DNA from: Hormiphora californensis
Taxonomy: Eukaryota; Animalia; Ctenophora
Reading direction: 5' to 3'
Length of the DNA stretch: 64,000 nt
Assembly: GCA_020137815.1 (NCBI GenBank)
Contig: CM035350.1
Location: 496,001 to 560,000, forward strand
Part shown: positions 11,916 to 25,957 of the stretch, piece after piece
Layout of the letters: every line of letters starts with the position of its first letter
How positions within the stretch are numbered: the first letter of the stretch is position 1
Notes under the pieces: model-generated
What the model saw: the letters and a program-made list of their open reading frames with translations, nothing else
What the model was told of the DNA's origin: nothing
Database searches by the model: none
Position numbers and translations under genes: made by a program

Positions 11916-12475
11916 GGTGGGCGGACTCTAGTGCTACACTCTAAGTCTACAGTGGACTCTATATCTAAATTTAGATTTAGATAAAGAGTCCAAATAAGTC
12001 TAAACTCTGGGAGGACTCTATGTCTAAAAATTCTACACAGGGCGGACTCTTTATCTAAAAAGTCTACAAAGACCGGACTCTATATCTACATAAATCTAAA
12101 ATAGACATAGAGTCCGCCATTCTCAGCGAACTCGAGATTTCGGCCGTTAGGCCGGAAACGAGAGTTTGCTGTACCTCTATACTAATTTAGAAGTGTTAGG
12201 GCCATTATTTGGGTTCGAGGTTAGGGTTAGGGAGATGGTTAGGGAGATGGTTAGGGTTAGGTTTTGGGTTGGTTTAGGATTTTAGACATAGAGTCCGGTT
12301 TGGGGATTTGGCGCCAAAATGTGCTAGGGGACTCTATGTCTAAAAAGTCTACATTGGGCGGACTCTATATCTAAACTTTTTTCAAAGTCTAACTGTAGAT
12401 AAAGAGTCCGCTTTTAGATATAGAGTCCGCCTTGAATTTAGATAAAGAGTCCGTTAGCACTAGAGTCCGCCCACC
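11916..12475. mobile_element. MITE with 9-bp TSD (MULE/Merlin-like) carrying internal TTAGGG repeats
   Basis: TIR GGTGGGCGGACTCTAGTGCTA; TSD GATCACCCC. Confidence 0.85.
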
Positions 12476-12596
12476 GATCACCCCACCCATGATCAGATCA
12501 TGATCAGATCATGATCAGATCACCCCAGTTAAGTAAGTTAAGTAACTATCAGATCATCCCAGTGAGTATCAGATCCCACATTTCACCCAGTAGTCC

Positions 12597-12971
<375 letters not shown>

Positions 12972-13303
12972 TGTAGAACTAAGAGGAAACTGAGAAGTGA
13001 GAGATATGAAAAACGATAAGTTTTATGCCATCCGTAGGATGGTCTGGGTCCACTAGTTCTCTTAATGGAGTGGTGATAGACTATGTTAACAAGCACAAAG
13101 ATTTGGGTGTTATTATGACCTCTAACTTAACTTGGACTTCCCAGTGTGATTATATACTATTATATATATATATATATATTATTAGATATATATATATATA
13201 TATATATATTATTAGATACTATGACTACTAAGTTTAATTTATTACGTAGGACTTGCTATTTTCTAAATAAGAGTTCCTATAAGAGATCTCTATACCTTCT
13301 CAC

Positions 13304-15523
13304 CAGGAAACGACCGAACCGGGTTTTTTTCCACCGAACCGAACCGAACCGAATTTGAAAAACTTTTTTACCGAACCGAACCGAACCGAACCGAACCGAA
13401 TTTCGGTAACCGAACCGAACCGAACCATACAAAACTTTTTCCGTATAAATGTTTCTCTAAAAATTCATGGAGAGCACCGATTAAGGTATTGAGAATCAAA
13501 AGTCAATTTTGTGAAAAAATTTTCAAAGTCAATTTTATCGTAAATTTTCTATGTCAATTTTTGCGTACGAATCGTGTTTCGAATCGGCAATGCTATACGG
13601 GAATGGTATTGCTAATTAGCAGGATTAAACGAACCATGAATCGTGTCTCTCTAAATTTCCTAATTAGTTTTGATGGGGGATCATGTATCAGCACAATCCA
13701 TCTCGAACCCGCTAATTACCAACAGCACTCCCGTTTAGCATTGTCGATTAGAAACACGATTCGTATTAGGTTGTTCCACAATGATCGGGACTGTAGGTAT
13801 AACTCAAAAACTAGCCAACTTAGGGGAATTCCGCCAACACCATCGTGTTTTTGGGACATTTTTCTGTTCTAAGAAGCTTTGTTAAGATCCTGTTGCGTTT
13901 TTGTAAGAACCAGGAAGTCCACTTTAAAAATCTCACTTTTTTGGCTGCCGAAATTGAAAAAAGTGACTTTCTTAAAGAAGCTCTGAGTCACAGAAAATTT
14001 CAAAAATCAATAACGAAAACAGTACTAGGCGTTCAGGAATTGTCTGAACTTAAACTTTAGTGAACTTTTTTTCCTCAAATTTCAATTTTGCTCGGCGCAG
14101 AAGTCATTTCCTACTAGAGCTAAAAATCAGAAATTTCCAAGAAACTGTGGCCCTTGCCAGCGCATAGTGGTTCCAAAACAAGTTCTTGATAGCTAAAAAT
14201 TTAATTGAAACGATTCTCTTTGCGAATCCATCCATTTTTAACCTTTAAATGGTCTTTTTTGTACTTTTTTTTGGGTTTTAGAAAAATTGCTTCAAAATTG
14301 CCACTTTTTTGGGTCGTTTTTCGCCTTTTTTATGTGAACTTATGTCGATATTGAGCTATGAAACCGGGATTTGCCAACGAATTTCACACGAACAGCTCGG
14401 TTAAGTCCAAGAGTAATCCCAACCAGCGTTAAACCAAATTTGGATCATAATAAGGTACCTTAATTGGTCAATAATTGGCCTTTCGGCGGCGGGTATTTCG
14501 AGATATTGAAAATTGGCCCTAATTCCGCAACCAAACAGGAAGCAGCAAAACTAATACCAGTTTTTCTCTTTCAAATTAACTAATTAACTCGGTAGTACCG
14601 TCAGTTTGATTCAGGGGGCTGCATAGCGTGGTGTATAGCCTCAGTCCCGATCATTGTGGAACAACCTAATATACCATAATTTACTTAAAATATTTTTCAC
14701 AAAAAAATTTCACAAAATTTCAGGCAATGATTCTCAATACCTTGATCGATGCTCTCCATGAATTTTTAGAGAAACATTTAATTTTGTGAAAAAAACTTTG
14801 TAAAATATTTGTAAAAGTCAATTTCGGAAAAAAAATTCTATGTCAATTTTGCCGTACGAATCGTGTTGCGAATCGGTGATGCTATGCGGCAGTGCTCTCG
14901 CTAATTAGCAGGATTTATTGAAACATGAATCGTTTCCCCTAAACTTCCTAATTAGATTTGATGGGGGATCACGTATCAGCATAATCCATCTCGGACCCAC
15001 TAATTAGCAACATCACTCCCGCTTAGCAATACCGATTCGAAACACGATTCGTACGCAAAAATTGACATAGAAAATTTTCCATAAAATTGACTTTGAAATA
15101 TTTTCCAAACTTTTTTACAAAATTTCAGAGAATGATTCTTAACACCTTGATCGGTGCTCTCCATGAATTTTTTGAAAAAAAAAGTTTCTGAATTTGTTGA
15201 CCCTCTCATGAGGACACGATTCGACGCGAAGTCAGGTATCAAATCAATCCATATCGAACCCGCTAACTAGCGAAATCATTTCCACCTAGCACCACCGATT
15301 CGAAATAGGGTTAATACGGCGAAATTGACATTGAAATCCATACAATTTTCGTGAAATAATTGAAAAATTTTGCATGAAAAAGCCCGATTTCTGGGCTTTT
15401 TTTGACCAAAAAATTCGGTGGTTCGGCCAAAATTTCCTACCGAACCGAACCGAACCGAACCGCCCAAAAAACACCGAATTTCCGAACCGAACCGAACCGA
15501 ACCGAATATTCGGTCGCTTCCTG
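13304..15523. mobile_element. hAT-type non-autonomous element with (ACCGA)n subterminal repeats
   Basis: TIR CAGGAA(A/G)CGACCGAA; 8-bp TSD CTTCTCAC; a further right end at ~54790-54933. Confidence 0.85.
13769..14666. mobile_element. MITE nested in the hAT element (PIF/Harbinger-like TWA flanks)
   Basis: TIR GGTTGTTCCACAATGATCGGGACTG; flanks TTA / TAA. Confidence 0.7.
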
Positions 15524-15677
15524 CTTCTCACATTTCACTTATCACTTCTCACATTTCACTTATCACTTCTCACATTTCACTTATCTATTTTGTATCTCTA
15601 ACGGCGCTCTACATATACTTTGTTCAACTGTTAGTGTTCCTGTCCTACTACATCTGTACTGCTCCCACCAGTTCCAG

Positions 15678-16956
15678 ATGGATCGAACGTTTTCAGCATG
15701 GGAACGTTCAGTTCCTTTTGATAACACGGCGTCATACACATTTTCATTTGGAATTTTCACTTGGAATTTTCATTTGAAAACCATCCATGCGCATGCACGT
15801 GCAAGCTTCAAACACAAGTAAGAACCATGGGACCTTCACTAAAGTGATCCTTGGATCAAAACAAATAAGTTAGTGAAGGTCCCGTGCTTCTAACTTGTGT
15901 TTGAAGCTTGCACGTGCATGCGCGTGGATGGTTTTCAAATGAAAATTCCAAATGAAAATTCCAAATAAAAATGTGTATGACGGACGGTGCAGCGGACTTC
16001 ATCCGGCTGGAGAAGACGATCCTGGCTATCATGAGAAGAATCGGCGGCTACCCTGACTCCAACAAGGAGAGTGTTGAATTTGATCAGAACAGAATCACTA
16101 CCAGCAAAATTTCGAGTCTTGATACCAATAAGAAGGTAAAGTTGATTGCAGACATGGCTGGTCTCCTTTGGTTCCGATCTCTGCCCCTGTCAAAGGTAGC
16201 TAGGAAACACATTGAGATAGTGGAGGAGACACCTGTACCTGTACTCGATCAGTCCCGAGAGGAAGTAGAGAAGCTTCTAGAACATTTGGAGCACACCAGA
16301 AACCGTCTCGACACTGTCAAGGACGAGCTACTGGAGCGTGACCGGAAAATGATCGCCCTTCAGGAAGAGGTTAGTGCACTGAAAGACACCATCATCTCAA
16401 TGAAGGACTCTCAGCTAGAGAGTAGCATTACTGCTGTCCAGACTGTCGTAAAAGAGGAAATGAACAGCTATTCGTCCGTCCTTGAGACCGCTGCTACCAC
16501 CATGAAGCAGACGTGTGCATCTGCATTAGCTCCAACTAAAATCCGTGCCGCCCTTGCCAGTGCTACAGTTGACCGATCTGCAAATCTGATAGTACATGGG
16601 TTAGCCGAGAATGTTGATGGTAACGACACCAGTAGATTGAAAGAATTGTTCGAGCATCTGGATGAGGCGTACCTGTTTTGTTGGAGGTCAGTAGACTGGG
16701 GAGGAGGAGTGATGAGCGAGTACGTCCTGTTCGGGTGGTACTGAGGAGCAGGGAAACAGCTAGGACCATTCTGGGGAAATCTGCTCAGCTGAAGGACTCA
16801 GATACTTTTCAATCAGTGTTTATATCTCCAGACAGAACTGTAGAGGAACGTACTGAGAGAAGAGATCTCGTTGCGAGATTGAAAGAGAAGAGGGAGCAAG
16901 AGCCAGAGAAGATTTTTAGAATCAGGAGAGGCTTTGTTGTTGAGATCAGAGAGTGA
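15678..16956 (+). pseudogene. LINE ORF1-like protein (coiled coil + C-terminal RRM-like domain), interrupted and frameshifted
   Basis: MDRTFSAWERSVPFDNT joins DGAADFIRLEK across a foldback insert; frameshift ~16668; DRSANLIVHGL, RPVRV and VFISPDRTVEER motifs. Confidence 0.75.
15730..15991. mobile_element. Small foldback MITE inside ORF1
   Basis: CGTCATACACATTT...AAATGTGTATGACG; core repeated at ~63470-63582. Confidence 0.7.
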
Positions 16957-18589
16957 GCGAATTACATGTGAGAAGGGGAGAGATAGTTGCGTTGTATAGA
17001 AAGAGAACGAGAGAGGGAGACATATGATATTTGTTCACCACTACATCTTGTCTTCAGTTTCATTTCACAGCATTTTATACATTATTATTATTACAATTAC
17101 CTTGACGTGTGAATCAAATTGTTCGGACACGGTGGGTACCAGGGTGGGGTAACATGGTAAACGCACACAAAAGACCTTACCCGTCTTCGTGTTATTAACC
17201 ATGATGCGCCACCCTGCATTCCCACCCAGTTTTGTCCAGTGTGGCTGGTTTTCTTGACATTATATGATTTATTGCGGCGCATGCCACTGCCAGCGGCAGT
17301 TTTGATTGATTGATTGATTAGCATGGTAAGATCTCTTGTAGAACACTGTAATTATGTGTGGGCTAACATCGGGAAGGGGCAATTATCTGCGTTAGAGAGG
17401 TTACAGAAAAGAGCAGTGAAATGGATCAAGAATGAGCCACTAGTTTCTTACACTAACGAGCAGTATGTCACGTATCTCAAGGAGTTAGACCTACTACCTT
17501 TTAAGCAATTGTTTGAATATTCGGATCTGCACGTCTTTTCTATAATGTGGTTCACAATCACGTCCCCCTTAGTCTTCCTCCCTGTTTTACCCTAGTGGAT
17601 GGTCTGAATCTGAGACTCACTCGCCAGAATCAGGCCATTATACAGGGATTGGACAGCACTACTTATAAAGATGACACAAGCTGGAGGGCTCACTCTGCTA
17701 TACGTGATAACTTTTATCATCGTACCACCAGACTCTGGAATGACGTGCCGTATACCATCAGGCAGGCAGTGAGCCAACCCGTGTATCTAAGAACTCTAAA
17801 CATTCTAAAGATTCATTTGTTTGAGAGTGTCGACCCTACCAACTTGTTCTGATTTTATTTTCATCCCCCACATCACATTCATATCACCGACTGCCCAGTC
17901 AATATGTCACTGCCGCGTTGGACCCTCCTCCCCCGTGCATTCTCTTCTTTCCCCTCTATAGCTGTAACCACTAGAAAGTTGAGGGTGCTTTGCAAGTTTT
18001 ACAATATTACATTATTTCTATAATAATCGTATCTGTAGTTATGAGACAGGACTCCTTAATTGAGGGTACCCCTTGTGGAGTCCTTGGGAGTGTACAGAGT
18101 GATATTTTGTTTTCCTTTGAAATGTTTGTATACCCCCTAAATTTCTTCTTGAAGTAAAAAATAATATTGGTATTTAACACAGTCATCTCGGAGAAGTACA
18201 ATGTTATGTGAACTTGATAGGTAATATCGGGGTGTTCCAACTGAGCCAATATACACACAGCTAGAGCGGAGAGTCACCGTGTGCACTATCACCAGGGTCA
18301 CAAATATACAGTCGATGGGGGTTGACTATAACTCTCAACGCATTTGGCCCAATAAAAACTAACGGTATGTTGGCCTTCATATCTCCCAGAATATAATTTC
18401 AATCACTTCGATATTTTGACAAAATGTTTGTATGGGTACTCGCTCGAAGAATCCGAAGTTTCAAATGATAATAGTGTGAAGTTCATGAATGAACTTAATT
18501 TTTTCCCTGCCCGGGTGAATGCCCAAGAATCACAGAAAGAAGAAACAATAACCTGAAGAAACAATAACCTTTCGAAGGAGTTTACTCTC

Positions 18590-18740
18590 CCGAACCCGAC
18601 GCCACCTATAATGCGAACCTGCCTGTGGTAGTTCCTGATGGTTGGGGGTGGGGAGGGGGGCTATTCTCCTAGTGCCGGCGATATCGCTTTGCGATAGTCC
18701 CCTGTGGGCTTGCCGTTGGCAAGCCCAGGCACTCCTGTAG
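18590..18740 (+). mobile_element. (TAG)n-tailed SINE-like family, 3' portion
   Basis: Homologous to 42465-42603 and 63223-63365. Confidence 0.6.
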
Positions 18741-18802
18741 ATAGATAGGAAATGGTAATCTGAATGTTTATTAAATATAAATCAAGTTTAGTGGGTGATA
18801 TA

Positions 18803-19251
18803 TTGGTGACATAGACACCGTGCGCGACCAAGATTGAGCTCACACAAGCGATTTAGAAGATATTGGGAGATATGTTGATGCAATTAGCATCAGCTATTAA
18901 TGCCGGGTATTTTCCAGTACTCACAAGAGTTCAACCTATCTTCTGATACCCTCAGATTCATTCTACACCGTCTGGGAGTGGTGCAAAAAGGCTCGGAAGC
19001 CAGATTATAGATTTGACTTCAGTTTCAATTTTGACCCACTTCCTGTTGACAGACAAACTTCTCGGGTAAACTAGGACCAATTTGTAGTCTTTTGCGACAA
19101 ACCGGATGCAAATCGGTCCAGTGGATCACGTGCAATTTGGCTTGAAAGACACGACCCTTTTTTAGGGGGCGGAGCGGACACCTATGTGCGAGCTCGATCT
19201 CGGTCGCTGCGCAACCTCGATCTCGAACGCACTAGGTGTCAATGTCACCAA
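18803..19251. mobile_element. Deleted copy of the TTGGTGACATAGACACC MITE
   Basis: Same TIRs and internal sequence as 1063-1873. Confidence 0.7.
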
Positions 19252-19352
19252 GGTGATATAAAGGAATAAAATTCGATTTTGACCCTTTTTGACGAGAAAT
19301 CGGTAACTGCAGGCGCTATAAATTGGTATGGGCATTATACAGTACAATGTAA

Positions 19353-20093
19353 CAGTGCTGCTTGTAGTCGCATTACCGTAATGGAAATACAGTAATGAGA
19401 CGCACACTTTACATAACACGCGGCAAAAAGTGAATTTGTTCAGCACGTACTAGCTCCCTGGTTGGCCACGGTTGCGCGTCGTCTTGGATCCATCGCATCC
19501 TATTCTCGCTCCGCGAACAATAGGATCCCGGTCCGTTGAGAGCAAGAACTCACGTGCGCGCGAAATAAAGCACGTTTTCAACAAATCGCGCGTGATAGAC
19601 CGTTTTTGGAGACCTTTTTAGCTGACCTAGCACTACTCAAAGGTAAATTGTGGTCTCATTTCGCATCGTGATGAATCGGCGGGTATTTTCCCATACTCAC
19701 GAGGCCATGACGATTCCCCCAGTACCCGCAGATTGTCCCAGGACCGAGTAGGAGCTTGCAGCCAGGTCTTTAAAGAATCGCTCATGTTTCGTGTCAATTT
19801 TGACCCACTATTCCTTAAATGCTGAAATTCGCGGGTATTTTCCGTAAAAATAGAGACAATTATCTGCCAGGAGCAACAAACGAGATGCAAATCGGTTCAG
19901 TAGTTCCTTGCAGCCAGGTCTTTGAAAAAGTTTGCTCTAAAATCAATAACGCGCCGGAGGCCTAGATGTGAGATCGAACTCGGTCGCTGCGCGACCTCGA
20001 TCTCACTCAGGTATCAATGTGGCCAACGCGTCGACGCGTCGTCTTACTGTATCTCCGTTTTCCATTACCGTTTTCCCACTACAAGCGACCGTG
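19353..20093. mobile_element. MITE with CA(G/C)..GCTTGTAGT termini and nested insert
   Basis: Shorter empty copy at 26077-26255 flanked by TAA. Confidence 0.6.
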
Positions 20094-20907
20094 TATGTCA
20101 CAAAACAATCCTAAATAGGTAGAACCACAACAGAATCACATTCACATCAGTCCAACATACACACCCACACAATCAACTCCATAACTTTACCACCTCTGCA
20201 ATTGCAGATCCCTTCCAAGTTCCGCCTTCTTCTTCAGCTCATTCAGGCCACTTCACTCGGCTTGTGCAAGCGGCAAGCGCTCCTATATCGCACTCGTTTC
20301 ACTTATAGTACATTACAGAGAAACTTACAAAAACGTTCAGGTACTTATCCAGTTGGGGTATGCATAGTACATAACTCCCTCCCGCGCGGGCATCTATTGA
20401 GCTGTAATGCACGGGTCCCGAAGGGAACCGTGCATTACAGCCCTGTAAATCCCGAGCGTCAGCGAGGGGTTTACAGGTATATCTGCACGCAAGGGAGGGA
20501 TTTGTGTTCTATAGACCCCGCTGGCGGGCACCTAGAAGCAAAACAAGCACAAATTAGGTGGTTTTCAAACAGAGAGCTCACACAAAACGGGTCAATGAAG
20601 CTACAGAGTGCCTCTGTACATTCATACACACTCGTAACAATCGTCGTAACAGTTTCAAAGGGTGGAATGCAGAGAGAGATTACAGTTAATTGTGGGTCAT
20701 GAGCAACAGTTGCAACAGACTGGCGGGCGCCAAATCTAGACAGAGAGCGTTGTAGGTTGTACACACACTCCCTCTTGTGTTACCAAGTCATTTTATCGTG
20801 TTTCCAGTGATTATTTGTGATCTTTACACAAATCTGTCAGAGGGCGTGCGTCTATCGAGACACAAACTCACGGCAGTGCACGGCCCAATAGACCTGTGCA
20901 AATTGTT

Positions 20908-22593
20908 GGCAATTTTGCATTTGCGGGCATCGCACTATAGACGCAGTACCCACGTACTATAGACGCATTATAAACGCATTATAGACGCATTATAGACGCA
21001 TTATAGACACACGCAATATAGACGCAATTTCGTAAGCAGCACTATAGACGCAATATAGACGCATTATAACAGCAATATAAACGCATTTTTATAGACGCAA
21101 CGCAGTATAGCCGCATTATAGGCGCACTACCCACCCCAAAATCACCTTATAGACGCACTATTGACGCATTATAGACTGACTATAGCAGCACCATAAACGC
21201 TACATAGAACCATATAGACGCATGATAGAAGCATTATAGACGCAAATCGCTTTTTATAGACGCCGCGTCTATAAAAAACGTGCTTTTTTAAGAAGCACTA
21301 TAGACGTACTCCAGGCTACAGTGCGATATTTGAGGCGCAGTTGGGCGTTTTATAAACGCATTTTTGTCGCATATAAAAGGAAGCAGTATAGACGCATTAT
21401 AGACGCAGTATAGCCGCATGTGTGCGAAATGGATAAAGACGCGATATAGACGCAAAATAAGAAGGAGAGGGAGGGAGAGAGAGGGAGGGAGGGAGGGAGG
21501 TGAGCGGTTGCCATGCTACGCAGTCTGTCTATCGGCACTTAAGCGCCTCGCGTAAGCTCGGCCCGGTGTGAGAGCTGACAGACAAGGAACATGTCAAGTG
21601 AGCGGAGGAGAGGGAAAGGGGGAGGGAGGGATACAGGGACAGAGTGAGAGACAGAGACAGACGGGTAAAGACCTGAGACAGACGGACAGAGTAAGATGGA
21701 GAGAGAGTAAGATGGAGAGAGAGTGAGATAGGGACGGAGTGAGACAGAAAAAGACAGAGATGGAAACAAACGGACAGGGACAGACGGACGGACGGACAAA
21801 CACGCGCTTACTATCTCCCTCTCTCTCTATCTTAATCTCTCTCCCTCTGACTCTGTCCGTCTGTCTTAGATCTTTGTCCATCTGTCTAGTGTCTCTGTCT
21901 GATCTGTCTCTGCATCCCTCCCTCTCTCCATCTTTCCCTCTCCTTCCCTCTCCCTCCCTCCCTCTCTCCATCTGTCTCTGTCTGATCTGTCTCTGTATCC
22001 CTCCCTCTCTCCCTCTTTCCCTCTCCTTCCCTCTCCCTCCCTTTTGCGTCTATATTGCGTCTTTATATCGATTTCGCACACATGCGGCTATACTGCGTCT
22101 ATAATGCGTCTATACTGCTTATTTTTATATGCAACAAAAATGCGTTTATAGTTCGCCCAACTGCGCCTCAAATATGGCAGCGTGCGTCTGAGTACGTTTA
22201 TAGCGCTTCTTAAAAAAGCACGTTTTTTATAGACGCGGCGTCTATAAAAAGCGATTTGCGTCTATAATGCTTCTATCATGCGTCTATATGGGTCTATGTA
22301 GCGTTTATGGTGCTGCTATAGTCAGTCTATAATGCGTCTATAGTGCGTCTATAAGGTGATTTTGGGGTGGGTAGTGCGCCTATAATGCGGCTATACTGCG
22401 TCGCGTCTATAAAAATGCGTTTATATTGCTGTTATAATGCGTCTATATTGCGTCTATAGTGCTGCTTACGAAATTGCGTCTATATTGCGTGTGTCTATAA
22501 TGCGTCTATAATGCGTTTATAATGCGTTTATAATGCGTCTATAGTACGTGGGTACTGCGTCTATAGTGCGATGCCCGCAAATGCAAAATTGCC
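20908..22593. mobile_element. Foldback element of TATAGACGC units, 9-bp TSD (MULE/Merlin-like)
   Basis: TIR GGCAATTTTGCATTTGCGGGCATCG; TSD CAAATTGTT; ~550-bp arms. Confidence 0.9.
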
Positions 22594-22944
22594 CAAATTG
22601 TTTGCAAATTGTTTGAGCGCGCCGTGCGTCTATTTCAGCCAGCGGGGTCTATATACTTGCGCGCCACACGTATTTTGATTAGGTTGTTAGCACTCATGCC
22701 GTGCAGGTAAGTTAACCCTTGTGCGGCTCTCAGACGTCTTTTGATACAAAGATACCCGAGTGCTTATGGTTAACATACCCGGCTACTTTTTTGTAAGTTG
22801 GTTCCTTATAGGTGTGAAATGTATAGCGTATAATATGGAACGCTTGTACTATATTATATAATGCAGAAGATTATAGCATATTATATGTACTACAATATAT
22901 TTTCTAGATCATTTTCTGTTACACATGTCCAATCTTTGACTGGG

Positions 22945-23176
22945 CTAACAATCATACAACGAAGAGTCTTTCCAACCATGTATCTTCTCGAGTTGCCACA
23001 TAAGGAAATGGAACGTGTATACTGCACTCACTAAAATGACCAATCCCATGGAACCGAGAAGGATGAACAGTGCTACGTTGAGGGCAGTTTCTGAGGGTGA
23101 ACTTGGAGTTTCCTCATTGCACATATCCCCTATACACGTGTGTTTTGCTACAACGCGAACTGTACTATTTTCGTCC
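22945..23176 (-). CDS. Ly6/uPAR-like protein, last exon (C..D.CN motif + transmembrane helix)
   Basis: TTTTCCAG acceptor; DENSTVRVVAKHTCIGDMCNEE...NVALFILLGSMGLVILVSAVYTF...stop. Confidence 0.75.
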
Positions 23177-23741
23177 CTGGAAAAAAGAAATGGTTTAATG
23201 TTCAATAATAAATTAGACAGTGACCTCAGACGGCGACGAGACATGCAGTGTTATTGGTTACACACTCTTCATATCACCCATTTAGACAGTGTTATGAAGG
23301 ATTATGTTAAACAATATTGTTTGCGCTATCTTCAGATCTTCTAACATAAGGCCAGGAGTAGTGTGATACCCATGGGTGATACACATGGGTGATACACATG
23401 GGTATTCATGGATGCAGATGGTTCATGAACACTTTTTATGGATATCTATGGATACAAATAGAGGTAAATAGGAAGTACGCCGGTTAATTGGAAGTTGGCT
23501 GGCGTATTATTTATTTTGTTCCATGTATATCTTGTATCGTCTCCTACTGCTAATAAGGTTCCCCGAATCACATGTTCCGTATTCATGATAATGAATACGG
23601 AACGTTCAGTGCGTTGTTTAGCGACGGTGCTCCTTCATAAACACATTTATGTGAACAAAGCTGTGAAGCTGATATTCACACTTCGAACGAACGGCCACTT
23701 CGACGCGACACTAGGGATAGATCATAGACACTCCTACATAC

Positions 23742-23820
23742 TCTGGCATTAAAAAAGCGGCAATTTCATCGGTTGTTTGGTAAACGTAGTCGGTTACAAA
23801 GTTTTCCTCGTCCTCCGGCT
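23742..23820 (-). CDS. Ly6/uPAR-like protein, exon 5
   Basis: CTAG acceptor, GTATGT donor; EPEDEENFVTDYVYQTTDEIAAFLMPE; phases 1 to 2 fit the neighbours. Confidence 0.65.
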
Positions 23821-24211
23821 CTAGGTATGTCCTTTCTTTTCTCCATAGGCATCCTTTCACCTGGTGAGGATTAGAAATAACTGTGGCTGATATGTGTAGT
23901 ACTAGTACGAGGGGCTTGGACTTCCCTACTAATCGCTGCGCTGGTAATCGTGAAGGTGACCATTCCCTCCCCTCAGCTACGCATGCCAGAAAGCAGTAAT
24001 AAATTTTTTCAGTTTTTTGCCAAAAATGGCATTTTGCGAGGCCTAATGCCCATAGCCCCCACTGCACCATGACCTAATCGGCCTGAAATTTGGTATTCAG
24101 TGTCACAAAAACTAGATCTACTGGAGTTTAAAAGGACAGGTCTCTATCTCCTTTAGTTTCAGAGGTTTGATATAGTGAAAAATTAAATAAATTAGTTTGG
24201 ATGCCCCGGCC

Positions 24212-25763
24212 GGCAATTTTGCATTTGCGGGCATCGCACTATAGACGCAGTACCCACGTACTATAGACGCATTATAAACGCATTATAAACGCATTATAGA
24301 CGCATTATAGACACACGCAATATAGACGCAATTTCGTGAGCAGCACTATAGACACAATATAGACGCATTATAACAGCAATATAAACGCATTTTTATAGAC
24401 GCGACGCAGTATAGCCGCATTATAGGCGCACTACCCACCCCAAAATCACCTTATAGACGCACTATAGACGCATTGTAGACTGACTATAGCAGCACCATAA
24501 ACGCTACATAGACCCATATAGACGCATGATAGAAGCATTATAGACGCAAATCGCTTTTTATAGACGCCGCGTCTATAAAAAACGTGCTTTTTTAAGAAGC
24601 ACTATGGACGTACTCAGACGCACGCTGCCATATTTGAGGCGCAGTTGGGCGAACTATAAACGCATTTTTGTCGCATATAAATGAAAGCAGTATAGACGCA
24701 TTATAGACGCATTATAGACTCATGTGCGCGAAATCGATAAAGACGCAATATAGACGCAATTAATAAGAAGGAGAGGGAGATAGACTAGAGGGAGGGAGGG
24801 AGGGAGGAAGAGGGAAGGAGAGGGAAAGAGGGAGGGATACAGAGACAGATCAGACAGAGACAGATGAACACAGATCTGAGACAGACGGACAGAGTAAGAT
24901 GGAGAGATATTAAGATGGAGAGTGGAGAGAGAGAGTGAGACAGAGAGGGAGATAGTAAGCGCGTGTTTGCATCCGTCCGTCTGTCTCTGTACGTTTGTTT
25001 CCATCTCTGTCTTTTTCTGTCTCACTCTTTTTCTGTCTCACTCCGTCCCTATATCACTATTTTTCCATCTTACTCTCTTTCCATCTTACTCTGTTCTTCT
25101 GTCTCAGGTCTTTATCCGTCTGTTTCTGTCCCTGTACCCCTCCCTCAGTCCCTCCCTCTCTTTCCCTCTCCTTCCCTCTCCCTCCCTTCCTCTCTATCTC
25201 CCTCTCCTTTTTATTTTGCGTCTATATTGCGTCTTTATCGATTTCGCACACATGCGGCTATGATGCGTCTATAATGCGTCTATACTGCTTCCTTTTATAT
25301 GCGACAAAAATGCGTTTATAAAACGCCCAACTGCGCCTCAAATATCGCACTGTAGCCTGGAGTACGTCTAAAGTGCTTCTTTAAAAAGCACGTTTTTTAT
25401 AGACGCGGCGTCTATAAAAAGCGATTTGCGTCTATAATGCTTCTATAATGCGTCTATATGGGTCTATGTAGCGTTTATGGTGCTGCTATAGTCAGTCTAT
25501 AATGCGTCTATAGTGCGTCTATAAGGTGATTTTGGGGTGGGTAGTGCGCCTATAATGCGGCTATACTGCGTCGCGTCTATAAAAATGCGTTTATATTGCT
25601 GTTATAAAGCGTCTATATTGCGTCTATAGTGCTGCTTACGAAATTGCGTCTATGTTGCGTGTGTCTATAATGCGTTTATAATGCGTTTATAATGTGTTTA
25701 TAATGCGTCTATAGTACGTGGGTACTGCGTCTATAGTGCGATGCCCGCAAATGCAAAATTGCC
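24212..25763. mobile_element. Second copy of the TATAGACGC foldback, inserted in another MITE (~24180-26285)
   Basis: Same TIR; TSD GCCCCGGCC/GCCCGGGCC; host family intact at 38010-38431. Confidence 0.88.
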
Positions 25764-25844
25764 GCCCGGGCCCATGTGGTGTCACGGGGGTAAAACTTTA
25801 GCTACTGTCTTAAATAATAGCATATCTCGTTAATTTTTCTATAC

Positions 25845-25957
<113 letters not shown>

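Larger units (their letters stand above)
13299..17319 (+). mobile_element. ORF1-only non-autonomous retroelement inserted in the LINE
   Basis: Removal restores LINE KRSLYL-SMVRSL; ORF1-like CDS, ~340-nt 3' UTR, hairpin ACTGCC-AGC-GGCAGT, (TTGA)4 tail. Confidence 0.72.

Noticed and set aside
20471-20764. Cys-rich ORF resembling a second LU-domain exon
   Set aside because: Lacks the terminal CN motif and linked exons
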